Assembly (NCBI GenBank): GCA_043228905.1
Contig: JBHGNT010000100.1
Coordinates: forward strand, 1 to 64,000
Length of the DNA: 64,000 bases
Direction of reading: 5' to 3'
Source of the DNA: Azolla caroliniana
Taxonomy: Eukaryota > Plantae > Polypodiophyta
In this document: piece after piece, positions 1 through 15,000 of the stretch
Layout of the letters: every line of letters begins with the position of its first letter
How positions within the stretch are numbered: position 1 is the stretch's first letter
The notes under the pieces: model-generated
Told to the model about the DNA's origin: nothing
Seen by the model: only the letters and a program-made list of their open reading frames with translations
Database searches by the model: none
Position numbers and translations under genes: made by a program

Positions 1-3000
1 AACATTTTAATATACTCAAGGGCTCTTCTCAACTCCCTCCTCAAGTTTGCTAATTTCTTCATATCTCCTGACCTGAGTTTCAAAATCTTGATTTTCTAAT
101 TCTATATCATACCTAGCGTTGCTACCTTCGATTCGCATATTTGAACACAGAAATCCGATATCACACGAGCCAGGTATGAACATTTTAATTTACTCAAGGG
201 CTCTTCTCAACTCCCTCCTCAAGTTTGCTAATTTCGTCATGTCTCTCGACCTGAGTTTCAAAATCTTGATTTTTGAATTCTATATCATACCTAGCGTTGC
301 TAGCTTCGATTCGCATATTTGAACACAGAAATCCGATATCACACGAGCCAGGTATGAACATTTTAATTTACTCAAGGGCTCTTCTCAACTCCCTCATCAA
401 GTTTGCTAATTTCTTCATATCTCCTGACCTGAGTTTCAAAATATTGATTTTCTAATTCTATATCATAGCTTGCGTTGCTACCTTCGAATCGCATATTTGA
501 ACACAGAAATCCGATATCACACGAGCCAGGTATGAACATTTTAATTTACTCAAGGGCTCTTCTCAACTCCCTCCTCAAGTTTGCTAATTTCGTCATGTCT
601 CTCGACCTGAGTTTCAAAATCTTGATTTTTGAATTCTATATCATACCTAGCGTTCCTAGCTTCGATTCGCATATTTGAACACAGAAATCCGATATCACAC
701 GAGCCAGGTATGAACATTTTAATTTACTCAAGGGCTCTTCTCAACTCCCTCCTCAAGTTTGCTAATTTCGTCATGTCTCTCGACCTGAGTTTCAAAATCT
801 TGATTTTTGAATTCTATATGATACCTAGCGTTGCTAGCTTCGATTCGCATATTTGAACACAGAAATCCGATATCACACGAGCCAGGTATGAACATTTTAA
901 TTTACTCAAGGGCTCTTCTCAACTCCCTCCTCAAGTTTGCTAATTTCTTCATATCTCCTGACCTGAGTTTCAAAATCTTGATTTTCTATTTCTATATCAT
1001 AGCTCGAGTTGCTAGCTTCGATTCGCATATTTGAACACAGAAATCCGATATCACACGAGCCAGGTATGAACATTTTAATTTACTCAAGGGCTCTTCTCAA
1101 CTCCATCTTCATCTTTGCTAATTTCCTCATGTCTCTCGACCTGAGTTACAAAATCTTGATTTTTTAATTGTATATCATAGCTAGCGTTGCTAGCTTCGAT
1201 TCGAATATTTGAACACAGAAATCCGATATCACACGAGCCAGGTATGAACATTTTAATATACTCAAGGGCTCTTCTCAACTCCCTCCTCAAGTTTGCTAAT
1301 TTCTTCATATCTCCTGACCTGAGTTTCAAAATCTTGATTTTCTAATTCTATATCATACCTAGCGTTGCTACCTTCGATTCGCATATTTGAACACAGAAAT
1401 CTGATATCACACGAGCCAGGTATGAACATTTTAATTTACTCAAGGGCTCTTCTCAACTCCCTCCTCAAGTTTGCTAATTTCGTCATGTCTCTCGACCTGA
1501 GTTTCAAAATCTGGATTTTTGAATCCTATATCATAGCTAGCGTTGCTAGCTTCGATTCGAATATTTGAACACGGAAATCCGATATCACACGAGCCAGGTA
1601 TGAACATTTTATTTTACTCAAGCGCTCTTCTCAATTCCATCCTCATCTTTGCTAATTTCGTCATGTCTCTCGACCTGAGTTTCAAAATCTTGATTTTTGA
1701 ATTCTATATCATAGCTAACGTTGCTAGCTTCGATTCGCATATTTGAACACAGAAATCCGATATCACACGAGCCAGGTATGAACATTTTAATTTACTCAAG
1801 GGCTCTTCTCAACTCCCTCCTCAAGTTTGCTAATTTCTTCAAATCTCCTGACCTGAGTTTCAAAATCTTGATTTTTGAATTCTATATCATAGCTCGAGTT
1901 GCTAGCTTCGATTCGCATATTTGAACACAGAAATCCGATATCAGACGAGCCAAGTATGAACATTTTAATTTACTCAAGCGCTCTTCTCAACTCCATCCTC
2001 ATCTTTCCTAATTTCCTCATGTCTCTCGACCTGAGTTACAAAATCTTGATTTTTTAATTGTATATCATAGCTAGCGTTGCTAGCTTCGATTCGCATATTT
2101 GAACACAGAAATCTGATATCACACGAGCCAGGTATGAACATTTTAATTTACTCAAGGGCTCTTCTCAACTCCCTCCTCAAGTTTGCTAATTTCGTCATGT
2201 CTCTCGACCTGAGTTTCAAAATCTTGATTTTTGAATTCTATATGATACCTAGCGTTGCTAGCTTCGATTCGCATATTTGAACACAGAAATCCGATATCAC
2301 ACGAGCCAGGTATGAACATTTTAATTTACTCAAGGGCTCTTCTCAACTCCCTCCTCAAGTTTGCTAATTTCTTCATATCTCCTGACCTGAGTTTCAAAAT
2401 CTTGATTTTTGAATTCTATATCATAGCTCGAGTTACTAGCTTCGATTCGAATATTTGAACTTCAAAATCCGATATCACACGAGCCAGGTATGAACATTTA
2501 AATTTACTCAAGCGCTCTTCTCAACTCCATCTTCATCTTTGCTAATTTCCTCATGTCTCTCGACCTGAGTTACAAAATCTTGATTTTTTAATTGTATATC
2601 ATAGCTAGCGTTGCTAGCTTCGATTCGAATATTTGAACACAGAAATCCGATATCACACGAGCCAGGTATGAACATTTTAATATACTCAAGGGCTCTTCTC
2701 AACTCCCTCCTCAAGTTTGCTAATTTCTTCATATCTCCTGACCTGAGTTTCAAAATCTTGATTTTCTATTTCTATATCATAGCTAGCGTTGCTACCTTCG
2801 ATTCGCATATTTGAACACAGAAATCCGATATCACACGAGCCAGGTATGAACATTTTAATATACTCAAGGGCTCTTCTCAACTCCCTCCTCAAGTTTGCTA
2901 ATTTCTTCATATCTCCTGACCTGAGTTTCAAAATCTTGATTTTCTATTTCTATATCATAGCTAGCGTTGCTACCTTCGATTCGCATATTTGAACACAGAA

Positions 3001-6000
3001 ATCTGATATCACACGAGCCAGGTATGAACATTTTAATTTACTCAAGGGCTCTTCTCAACTCCCTCCTCAAGTTTGCTAATTTCTTCAAATCTCCTGACCT
3101 GAGTTTCAAAATCTTGATTTTTGAATTCTATATGATACCTAGCGTTGCTAGCTTCGATTCGCATATTTGAACACAGAAATCCGATATCAGACGAGCCAAG
3201 TATGAACATTTTAATTTACTCAAGCGCTCTTCTCAACTCCATCCTCATCTTTCCTAATTTCCTCATGTCTCTCGACCTGAGTTACAAAATCTTGATTTTT
3301 TAATTGTATATCATAGCTAGCGTTGCTAGCTTCGATTCGCATATTTGAACACAGAAATCCGATATCACACGAGCTAGGTATGAACATTTTAATTTACTCA
3401 AGGGCTCTTCTCAACTCCCTCATCAAGTTTGCTAATTTCTTCATATCTCCTGACCTGAGTTTCAAAATATTGATTTTCTAATTCTATATCATAGCTTGCG
3501 TTGCTACCTTCGAATCGCATATTTGAACACAGAAATCCGATATCACACGAGCCAGGTATGAACATTTTAATTTACTCAAGGGCTCTTCTCAACTCCCTTC
3601 TCAAGTTTGCTAATTTCGTCATGTCTCTCGACCTGAGTTTCAAAATCTTGATTTTTGAATTCTATATCATACCTAGCGTTGCTAGCTTCGATTCGCATAT
3701 TTGAACACAGAAATCCGATATCACACGAGCCAGGTATGAACATTTTAATTTACTCAAGGGCTCTTCTCAACTCCCTCCTCAAGTTTGCTAATTTCTTCAT
3801 ATCTCCTGACCTGAGTTTCAAAATCTTGATTTTCTATTTCTATATCATAGCGAGCGTTGCTAGCTTCGATTCGCATTTTTGAACACAGAAATCCGATATC
3901 ACACGAGCCAGGTATGAACATTTTAATTTACTCAAGGGCTCTTCTCAACTCCCTCATCAAGTTTGCTAATTTCTTCATATCTCCTGACCTGAGTTTCAAA
4001 ATATTGATTTTCTAATTATATATCATAGCTTGCGTTGCTACCTTCGAATCGCATATTTGAACACAGAAATCCGATATCACACGAGCCAGGTATGAACATT
4101 TTAATTTACTCAAGGGCTCTTCTCAACTCCCTCCTCAAGTTTGCTAATTTCGTCATGTCTCTCGACCTGAGTTTCAAAATCTTGATTTTTGAATTCTATA
4201 TCATACCTAGCGTTGCTAGCTTCGATTCGCATATTTGAACACAGAAATCCGATATCACACGAGCCAGGTATGAACATTTTAATTTACTCAAGGGCTCTTC
4301 TCAACTCCCTCCTCAAGTTTGCTAATTTCTTCATATCTCCTGACCTGAGTTTCAAAATCTTGATTTTCTATTTCTATATCATAGCGAGCGTTGCTAGCTT
4401 CGATTCGCATATTTGAACACAGAAATCCGATATCACACGAGCCAGGTATGAACATTTTAATTTACTCAAGGGCTCTTCTCAACTCCCTCCTCAAGTTTGC
4501 TAATTTCTTCATATCTCCTGACCTGAGTTTCAAAATCTTGATTTTCTAATTCTATATCATACCTAGCGTTGCTACCTTCGATTCGCATATTTGAACACAG
4601 AAATCTGATATCACACGAGCCAGGTATGAACATTTTAATTTACTCAAGGGCTCTTCTCAACTCCCTCCTCAAGTTTGCTAATTTCGTCATGTCTCTCGAC
4701 CTGAGTTTCAAAATCTTGATTTTTGAATTCTATAGCATACCTAGCGTTGCTAGCTTCGATTCGCATATTTGAACACAGAAATCCGATATCACACGAGCCA
4801 GGTATGAACATTTTAATTTACTCAAGGGCTCTTCTCAACTCCCTCCTCAAGTTTGCTAATTTCTTCATATCTCCTGACCTGAGTTTCAAAATCTTGATTT
4901 TTGAATTCTATATCATAGCTCGAGTTGCTAGCTTCGATTCGAATATTTGAACTTCAAAATCCGATATCACACGAGCCAGGTATGAACATTTTAATTTACT
5001 CAAGCGCTCTTCTCAACTCCATCTTCATCTTTGCTAATTTCCTCATGTCTCTCGACCTGAGTTACAAAATCTTGATTTTTTAATTGTATATCATAGCTAG
5101 CGTTGCTAGCTTCGATTCGAATATTTGAACACAGAAATCCGATATCACACGAGCCAGGTATGAACATTTTAATTTACTCAAGGGCTCTTCTCAACTCCCT
5201 CATCAAGTTTGCTAATTTCTTCATATCTCCTGACCTGAGTTTCAAAATCTTGATTTTCTAATTCTATATCATACCTAGCGTTGCTACCTTCGATTCGCAT
5301 ATTTGAACACAGAAATCTGATATCACACGAGCCAGGTATGAACATTTTAATTTACTCAAGGGCTCTTCTCAACTCCCTCCTCAAGTTTGCTAATTTCGTC
5401 ATGTCTCTCGACCTGAGTTTCAAAATCTGGATTTTTGAATCCGATATCATAGCTAGCGTTGCTAGCTTCGATTCGAATATTTGAACACGGAAATCCGATA
5501 TCACACGAGCCAGGTATGAACATTTTATTTTACTCAAGCGCTCTTCTCAATTCCATCCTCATCTTTGCTAATTTCGTCATGTCTCTCGACCTGAGTTTCA
5601 AAATCTTGATTTTTGAATTCTATATCATAGCTAACGTTGCTAGCTTCGATTCGCATATTTGAACACAGAAATCCGATATCACACGAGCCAGGTATGAACA
5701 TTTTAATTTACTCAAGGGCTCTTCTCAACTCCCTCCTCAAGTTTGCTAATTTCTTCATATCTCCTGACCTGAGTTTCAAAATCTTGATTTTTGAATTCTA
5801 TATCATAGCTCGAGTTGCTAGCTTCGATTCGCATATTTGAACTTCAAAATCCGATATCAGACGAGCCAAGTATGAACATTTTAATTTACTCAAGCGCTCT
5901 TCTCAACTCCATCCTCATCTTTGCTAATTTCCTCATGTCTCTCGACCTGAGTTTCAAAATCTTGATTTTTTAATTGTATATCATAGCTAGCGTTGCTAGC

Positions 6001-9000
6001 TTCGATTCGCATATTTGAACACAGAAATCCGATATCACACGAGCCAGGTATGAACATTTTAATTTACTCAAGGGCTCTTCTCAACTCCCTCCTCAAGATT
6101 GCTAATTTCTTCATATCTCCTGACCTGAGTTTCAAAATCTTGATTTTCTAATTCTATATCATACCTAGCGTTGCTACCTTCGATTCGCATATTTGAACAC
6201 AGAAATCTGATATCACACGAGCCAGGTATGAACATTTTAATTTACTCAAGGGCTCTTCTCAACTCCCTCCTCAAGTTTGCTAATTTCGTCATGTCTCTCG
6301 ACCTGAGTTTCAAAATCTTGATTTTTGAATTCTATATCATACCTAGCGTTGCTAGCTTCGATTCGCATATTTGAACACAGAAATCCGATATCACACGAGC
6401 CAGGTATGAACATTTTAATTTACTCAAGGGCTCTTCTCAACTCCCTCCTCAAGTTTGCTAATTTCTTCATATCTCCTGACCTGAGTTTCAAAATCTTGAT
6501 TTTCTATTTCTATATCATAGCGAGCGTTGCTAGCTTCGATTCGCATATTTGAACACAGAAATCCGATATCACACGAGCCAGGTATGAACATTTTAATTTA
6601 CTCAAGGGCTCTTCTCAACTCCCTCATCAAGTTTGCTAATTTCTTCATATCTCCTGACCTGAGTTTCAAAATATTGATTTTCTAATTATATATCATAGCT
6701 TGCGTTGCTACCTTCGAATCGCATATTTGAACACAGAAATCCGATATCACACGAGCCAGGTATGAACATTTTAATTTACTCAAGGGCTCTTCTCAACTCC
6801 CTCCTCAAGTTTGCTAATTTCGTCATGTCTCTCGACCTGAGTTTCAAAATCTTGATTTTTGAATTCTATATCATACCTAGCGTTGCTAGCTTCGATTCGC
6901 ATATTTGAACACAGAAATCCGATATCACACGAGCCAGGTATGAACATTTTAATTTACTCAAGGGCTCTTCTCAACTCCCTCCTCAAGTTTGCTAATTTCT
7001 TCATATCTCCTGACCTGAGTGTCAAAATCTTGATTTTCTATTTCTATATCATAGCGAGCGTTGCTAGCTTCGATTCGCATATTTGAACACAGAAATCCGA
7101 TATCACACGAGCCAGGTATGAACATTTTAATTTACTCAAGGGCTCTTCTCAACTCCCTCCTCAAGATTGCTAATTTCTTCATATCTCCTGACCTGAGTTT
7201 CAAAATCTTGATTTTCTAATTCTATATCATACCTAGCGTTGCTACCTTCGATTCGCATATTTGAACACAGAAATCAGATATCACACGAGCCAGGTATGAA
7301 CATTTTAATTTACTCAAGGGCTCTTCTCAACTCCCTCCTCAAGTTTGCTAATTTCGTCATGTCTCTCGACCTGAGTTTCAAAATCTTGATTTTTGAATTC
7401 TATATGATACCTAGCGTTGCTAGCTTCGATTCGCATATTTGAACACAGAAATCCGATATCACACGAGCCAGGTATGAACATTTTAATTTACTCAAGGGCT
7501 CTTCTCAACTCCCTCCTCAAGTTTGCTAATTTCTTCATATCTCCTGACCTGAGTTTCAAAATCTTGATTTTTGAATTCTATATCATAGCTCGAGTTGCTA
7601 GCTTCGATTCGAATATTTGAACTTCAAAATCCGATATCACACGAGCCAGGTATGAACATTTTAATTTACTCAAGCGCTCTTCTCAACTCCATCTTCATCT
7701 TTGCTAATTTCCTCATGTCTCTCGACCTGAGTTACAAAATCTTGATTTTTTAATTGTATATCATAGCTAGCGTTGCTAGCTTCGATTCGAATATTTGAAC
7801 ACAGAAATCCGATATCACACGAGCCAGGTATGAACATTTTAATATACTCAAGGGCTCTTCTCAACTCCCTCCTCAAGTTTGCTAATTTCTTCATATCTCC
7901 TGACCTGAGTTTCAAAATCTTGATTTTCTAATTCTATATCATACCTAGCGTTGCTACCTTCGATTCGCATATTTGAACACAGAAATCCGATATCACACGA
8001 GCCAGGTATGAACATTTTAATTTACTCAAGGGCTCTTCTCAACTCCCTCCTCAAGTTTGCTAATTTCGTCATGTCTCTCGACCTGAGTTTCAAAATCTTG
8101 ATTTTTGAATTCTATATCATACCTAGCGTTGCTAGCTTCGATTCGCATATTTGAACACAGAAATCCGATATCACACGAGCCAGGTATGAACATTTTAATT
8201 TACTCAAGGGCTCTTCTCAACTCCCTCATCAAGTTTGCTAATTTCTTCATATCTCCTGACCTGAGTTTCAAAATATTGATTTTCTAATTCTATATCATAG
8301 CTTGCGTTGCTACCTTCGAATCGCATATTTGAACACAGAAATCCGATATCACACGAGCCAGGTATGAACATTTTAATTTACTCAAGGGCTCTTCTCAACT
8401 CCCTCCTCAAGTTTGCTAATTTCGTCATGTCTCTCGACCTGAGTTTCAAAATCTTGATTTTTGAATTCTATATCATACCTAGCGTTCCTAGCTTCGATTC
8501 GCATATTTGAACACAGAAATCCGATATCACACGAGCCAGGTATGAACATTTTAATTTACTCAAGGGCTCTTCTCAACTCCCTCCTCAAGTTTGCTAATTT
8601 CGTCATGTCTCTCGACCTGAGTTTCAAAATCTTGATTTTTGAATTCTATATGATACCTAGCGTTGCTAGCTTCGATTCGCATATTTGAACACAGAAATCC
8701 GATATCACACGAGCCAGGTATGAACATTTTAATTTACTCAAGGGCTCTTCTCAACTCCCTCCTCAAGTTTGCTAATTTCTTCATATCTCCTGACCTGAGT
8801 TTCAAAATCTTGATTTTCTATTTCTATATCATAGCTCGAGTTGCTAGCTTCGATTCGCATATTTGAACACAGAAATCCGATATCACACGAGCCAGGTATG
8901 AACATTTTAATTTACTCAAGGGCTCTTCTCAACTCCATCTTCATCTTTGCTAATTTCCTCATGTCTCTCGACCTGAGTTACAAAATCTTGATTTTTTAAT

Positions 9001-12000
9001 TGTATATCATAGCTAGCGTTGCTAGCTTCGATTCGAATATTTGAACACAGAAATCCGATATCACACGAGCCAGGTATGAACATTTTAATATACTCAAGGG
9101 CTCTTCTCAACTCCCTCCTCAAGTTTGCTAATTTCTTCATATCTCCTGACCTGAGTTTCAAAATCTTGATTTTCTAATTCTATATCATACCTAGCGTTGC
9201 TACCTTCGATTCGCATATTTGAACACAGAAATCTGATATCACACGAGCCAGGTATGAACATTTTAATTTACTCAAGGGCTCTTCTCAACTCCCTCCTCAA
9301 GTTTGCTAATTTCGTCATGTCTCTCGACCTGAGTTTCAAAATCTGGATTTTTGAATCCTATATCATAGCTAGCGTTGCTAGCTTCGATTCGAATATTTGA
9401 ACACGGAAATCCGATATCACACGAGCCAGGTATGAACATTTTATTTTACTTAAGCGCTCTTCTCAATTCCATCCTCATCTTTGCTAATTTCGTCATGTCT
9501 CTCGACCTGAGTTTCAAAATCTTGATTTTTGAATTCTATATCATAGCTAACGTTGCTAGCTTCGATTCGCATATTTGAACACAGAAATCCGATATCACAC
9601 GAGCCAGGTATGAACATTTTAATTTACTCAAGGGCTCTTCTCAACTCCCTCCTCAAGTTTGCTAATTTCTTCAAATCTCCTGACCTGAGTTTCAAAATCT
9701 TGATTTTTGAATTCTATATCATAGCTCGAGTTGCTAGCTTCGATTCGCATATTTGAACACAGAAATCCGATATCAGACGAGCCAAGTATGAACATTTTAA
9801 TTTACTCAAGCGCTCTTCTCAACTCCATCCTCATCTTTCCTAATTTCCTCATGTCTCTCGACCTGAGTTACAAAATCTTGATTTTTTAATTGTATATCAT
9901 AGCTAGCGTTGCTAGCTTCGATTCGAATATTTGAACACAGAAATCCGATATCACACGAGCCAGGTATGAACATTTTAATTTACTCAAGGGCTCTTCTCAA
10001 CTCCCTCATCAAGTTTGCTAATTTCTTCATATCTCCTGACCTGAGTTTCAAAATATTGATTTTCTAATTGTATATCATAGCTTGCGTTGCTACCTTCGAA
10101 TCGCATATTTGAACACAGAAATCCGATATCACACGAGCCAGGTATGAACATTTTAATTTACTCAAGGGCTCTTCTCAACTCCCTCCTCAAGTTTGCTAAT
10201 TTCGTCATGTCTCTCGACCTGAGTTTCAAAATCTTGATTTTTGAATTCTATATCATACCTAGCGTTGCTAGCTTCGATTCGCATATTTGAACACAGAAAT
10301 CCGATATCACACGAGCCAGGTATGAACATTTTAATTTACTCAAGGGCTCTTCTCAACTCCCTCCTCAAGTTTGCTAATTTCTTCATATCTCCTGACCTGA
10401 GTTTCAAAATCTTGATTTTCTAATTCTATATCATACCTAGCGTTGCTACCTTCGATTCGCATATTTGAACACAGAAATCTGATATCACACGAGCCAGGTA
10501 TGAACATTTTAATTTACTCAAGGGCTCTTCTCAACTCCCTCCTCAAGTTTGCTAATTTCGTCATGTCTCTCGACCTGAGTTTCAAAATCTTGATTTTTGA
10601 ATTCTATATGATACCTAGCGTTGCTAGCTTCGATTCGCATATTTGAACACAGAAATCCGATATCACACGAGCCAGGTATGAACATTTTAATTTACTCAAG
10701 GGCTCTTCTCAACTCCCTCCTCAAGTTTGCTAATTTCTTCATATCTCCTGACCTGAGTTTCAAAATCTTGATTTTTGAATTCTATATCATAGCTCGAGTT
10801 GCTAGCTTCGATTCGAATATTTGAACTTCAAAATCCGATATCACACGAGCCAGGTATGAACATTTTAATTTACTCAAGCGCTCTTCTCAACTCCATCTTC
10901 ATCTTTGCTAATTTCCTCATGTCTCTCGACCTGAGTTACAAAATCTTGATTTTTTAATTGTATATCATAGCTAGCGTTGCTAGCTTCGATTCGAATATTT
11001 GAACACAGAAATCCGATATCACACGAGCCAGGTATGAACATTTTAATTTACTCAAGGGCTCTTCTCAACTCCCTCATCAAGTTTGCTAATTTCTTCATAT
11101 CTCCTGACCTGAGTTTCAAAATCTTGATTTTCTAATTCTATATCATACCTAGCGTTGCTACCTTCGATTCGCATATTTGAACACAGAAATCTGATATCAC
11201 ACGAGCCAGGTATGAACATTTTAATTTACTCAAGGGCTCTTCTCAACTCCCTCCTCAAGTTTGCTAATTTCGTCATGTCTCTCGACCTGAGTTTCAAAAT
11301 CTGGATTTTTGAATCCGATATCATAGCTAGCGTTGCTAGCTTCGATTCGAATATTTGAACACGGAAATCCGATATCACACGAGCCAGGTATGAACATTTT
11401 ATTTTACTCAAGCGCTCTTCTCAATTCCATCCTCATCTTTGCTAATTTCGTCATGTCTCTCGACCTGAGTTTCAAAATCTTGATTTTTGAATTCTATATC
11501 ATAGCTAACGTTGCTAGCTTCGATTCGCATATTTGAACACAGAAATCCGATATCACACGAGCCAGGTATGAACATTTTAATTTACTCAAGGGCTCTTCTC
11601 AACTCCCTCCTCAAGTTTGCTAATTTCTTCATATCTCCTGACCTGAGTTTCAAAATCTTGATTTTTGAATTCTATATCATAGCTCGAGTTGCTAGCTTCG
11701 ATACGCATATTTGAACTTCAAAATCCGATATCAGACGAGCCAAGTATGAACATTTTAATTTACTCAAGCGCTCTTCTCAACTCCATCCTCATCTTTGCTA
11801 ATTTCCTCATGTCTCTCGACCTGAGTTTCAAAATCTTGATTTCTTAATTGTATATCATAGCTAGCGTTGCTAGCTTCGATTCGCATATTTGAACACAGAA
11901 ATCCGATATCACACGAGCCAGGTATGAACATTTTAATTTACTCAAGGGCTCTTCTCAACTCCCTCCTCAAGATTGCTAATTTCTTCATATCTCCTGACCT

Positions 12001-15000
12001 GAGTTTCAAAATCTTGATTTTCTAATTCTATATCATACCTAGCGTTGCTACCTTCGATTCGCATATTTGAACACAGAAATCTGATATCACACGAGCCAGG
12101 TATGAACATTTTAATTTACTCAAGGGCTCTTCTTAACTCCCTCCTCATGTTTGCTAATTTCGTCATGTCTCTCGACCTGAGTTTCAAAATCTTGATTTTT
12201 GAATTCTATATCATACCTAGCGTTGCTCGCTTTGATTCGCATATTTGAACACAGAAATCCGATATCACACGAGCCAGGTATGAACATTTTAATTTACTCA
12301 AGGGCTCTTCTCAACTCCCTCCTCAAGTTTGCTAATTTCTTCATATCTCCTGACCTGAGTTTCAAAATCTTGATTTTCTATTTCTATATCATAGCGAGCG
12401 TTGCTAGCTTCGATTCGCATATTTGAACACAGAAATCCGATATCACACGAGCCAGGTATGAACATTTTAATTTACTCAAGGGCTCTTCTCAACTCCCTCA
12501 TCAAGTTTGCTAATTTCTTCATATCTCCTGACCTGAGTTTCAAAATATTGATTTTCTAATTATATATCATAGCTTGCGTTGCTACCTTCGAATCGCATAT
12601 TTGAACACAGAAATCCGATATCACACGAGCCAGGTATGAACATTTTAATTTACTCAAGGGCTCTTCTCAACTCCCTCCTCAAGTTTGCTAATTTCGTCAT
12701 GTCTCTCGACCTGAGTTTCAAAATCTTGATTTTTGAATTCTATATCATACCTAGCGTTGCTAGCTTCGATTCGCATATTTGAACACAGAAATCCGATATC
12801 ACACGAGCCAGGTATGAACATTTTAATTTACTCAAGGGCTCTTCTCAACTCCCTCCTCAAGTTTGCTAATTTCTTCATATCTCCTGACCTGAGTTTCAAA
12901 ATCTTGATTTTCTATTTCTATATCATAGCGAGCGTTGCTAGCTTCGATTCGCATATTTGAACACAGAAATCCGATATCACACGAGCCAGGTATGAACATT
13001 TTAATTTACTCAAGGGCTCTTCTCAACTCCCTCCTCAAGATTGCTAATTTCTTCATATCTCCTGACCTGAGTTTCAAAATCTTGATTTTCTAATTCTATA
13101 TCATACCTAGCGTTGCTACCTTCGATTCGCATATTTGAACACAGAAATCTGATATCACACGAGCCAGGTATGAACATTTTAATTTACTCAAGGGCTCTTC
13201 TCAACTCCCTCCTCAAGTTTGCTAATTTCGTCATGTCTCTCGACCTGAGTTTCAAAATCTTGATTTTTGAATTCTATATGATACCTAGCGTTGCTAGCTT
13301 CGATTCGCATATTTGAACACAGAAATCCGATATCACACGAGCCAGGTATGAACATTTTAATTTACTCAAGGGCTCTTCTCAACTCCCTCCTCAAGTTTGC
13401 TAATTTCTTCATATCTCCTGACCGGAGTTTCAAAATCTTGATTTTTGAATTCTATATCATAGCTCGAGTTGCTAGCTTCGATTCGAATATTTGAACTTCA
13501 AAATCCGATATCACACGAGCCAGGTATGAACATTTTAATTTACTCAAGGGCTCTTCTCAACTCCCTCATCAAGTTTGCTAATTTCTTCATATCTCCTGAC
13601 CTGAGTTTCAAAATATTGATTTTCTAATTATATATCATAGCTTGCGTTGCTACCTTCGAATCGCATATTTGAACACAGAAATCCGATATCACACGAGCCA
13701 GGTATGAACATTTTAATTTACTCAAGGGCTCTTCTCAACTCCCTCCTCAAGTTTGCTAATTTCTTCATATCTCCTGACCTGAGTTTCAAAATCTTGATTT
13801 TTGAATTCTATATCATAGCTCGAGTTGCTAGCTTCGATACGCATATTTGAACTTCAAAATCCGATATCAGACGAGCCAAGTATGAACATTTTAATTTACT
13901 CAAGCGCTCTTCTCAACTCCATCCTCATCTTTGCTAATTTCCTCATGTCTCTCGACCTGAGTTTCAAAATCTTGATTTTTTAATTGTATATCATAGCTAG
14001 CGTTGCTAGCTTCGATTCGCATATTTGAACACAGAAATCCGATATCACACGAGCCAGGTATGAACATTTTAATTTACTCAAGGGCTCTTCTCAACTCCCT
14101 CCTCAAGATTGCTAATTTCTTCATATCTCCTGACCTGAGTTTCAAAATCTTGATTTTCTAATTCTATATCATACCTAGCGTTGCTACCTTCGATTCGCAT
14201 ATTTGAACACAGAAATCTGATATCACACGAGCCAGGTATGAACATTTTAATTTACTCAAGGGCTCTTCTCAACTCCCTCCTCATGTTTGCTAATTTCGTC
14301 ATGTCTCTCGACCTGAGTTTCAAAATCTTGATTTTTGAATTCTATATCATACCTAGCGTTGCTAGCTTCGATTCGCATATTTGAACACAGAAATCCGATA
14401 TCACACGAGCCAGGTATGAACATTTTAATTTACTCAAGGGCTCTTCTCAACTCCCTCCTCAAGTTTGCTAATTTCTTCATATCTCCTGACCTGAGTTTCA
14501 AAATCTTGATTTTCTATTTCTATATCATAGCGAGCGTTGCTAGCTTCGATTCGCATATTTGAACACAGAAATCCGATATCACACGAGCCAGGTATGAACA
14601 TTTTATTTTACTCAAGGGCTCTTCTCAACTCCCTCATCAAGTTTGCTAATTTCTTCATATCTCCTGACCTGAGTTTCAAAATATTGATTTTCTAATTATA
14701 TATCATAGCTTGCGTTGCTACCTTCGAATCGCATATTTGAACACAGAAATCCGATATCACACGAGCCAGGTATGAACATTTTAATTTACTCAAGGGCTCT
14801 TCTCAACTCCCTCCTCAAGTTTGCTAATTTCGTCATGTCTCTCGACCTGAGTTTCAAAATCTTGATTTTTGAATTCTATATCATACCTAGCGTTGCTAGC
14901 TTCGATTCGCATATTTGAACACAGAAATCCGATATCACACGAGCCAGGTATGAACATTTTAATTTACTCAAGGGCTCTTCTCAACTCCCTCCTCAAGTTT

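Noticed and set aside
126-142. CENP-B box starting at CTTCG
   Set aside because: CTTCGATTCGCATATTT lacks the required downstream A and CGGG positions of NTTCGNNNNANNCGGGN.
1-178. Identification as Arabidopsis CEN178/CEN180 or Brassica CentBr
   Set aside because: Only the length is similar. The sequence does not match those consensus monomers as I recall them and lacks the characteristic HindIII site in the consensus.
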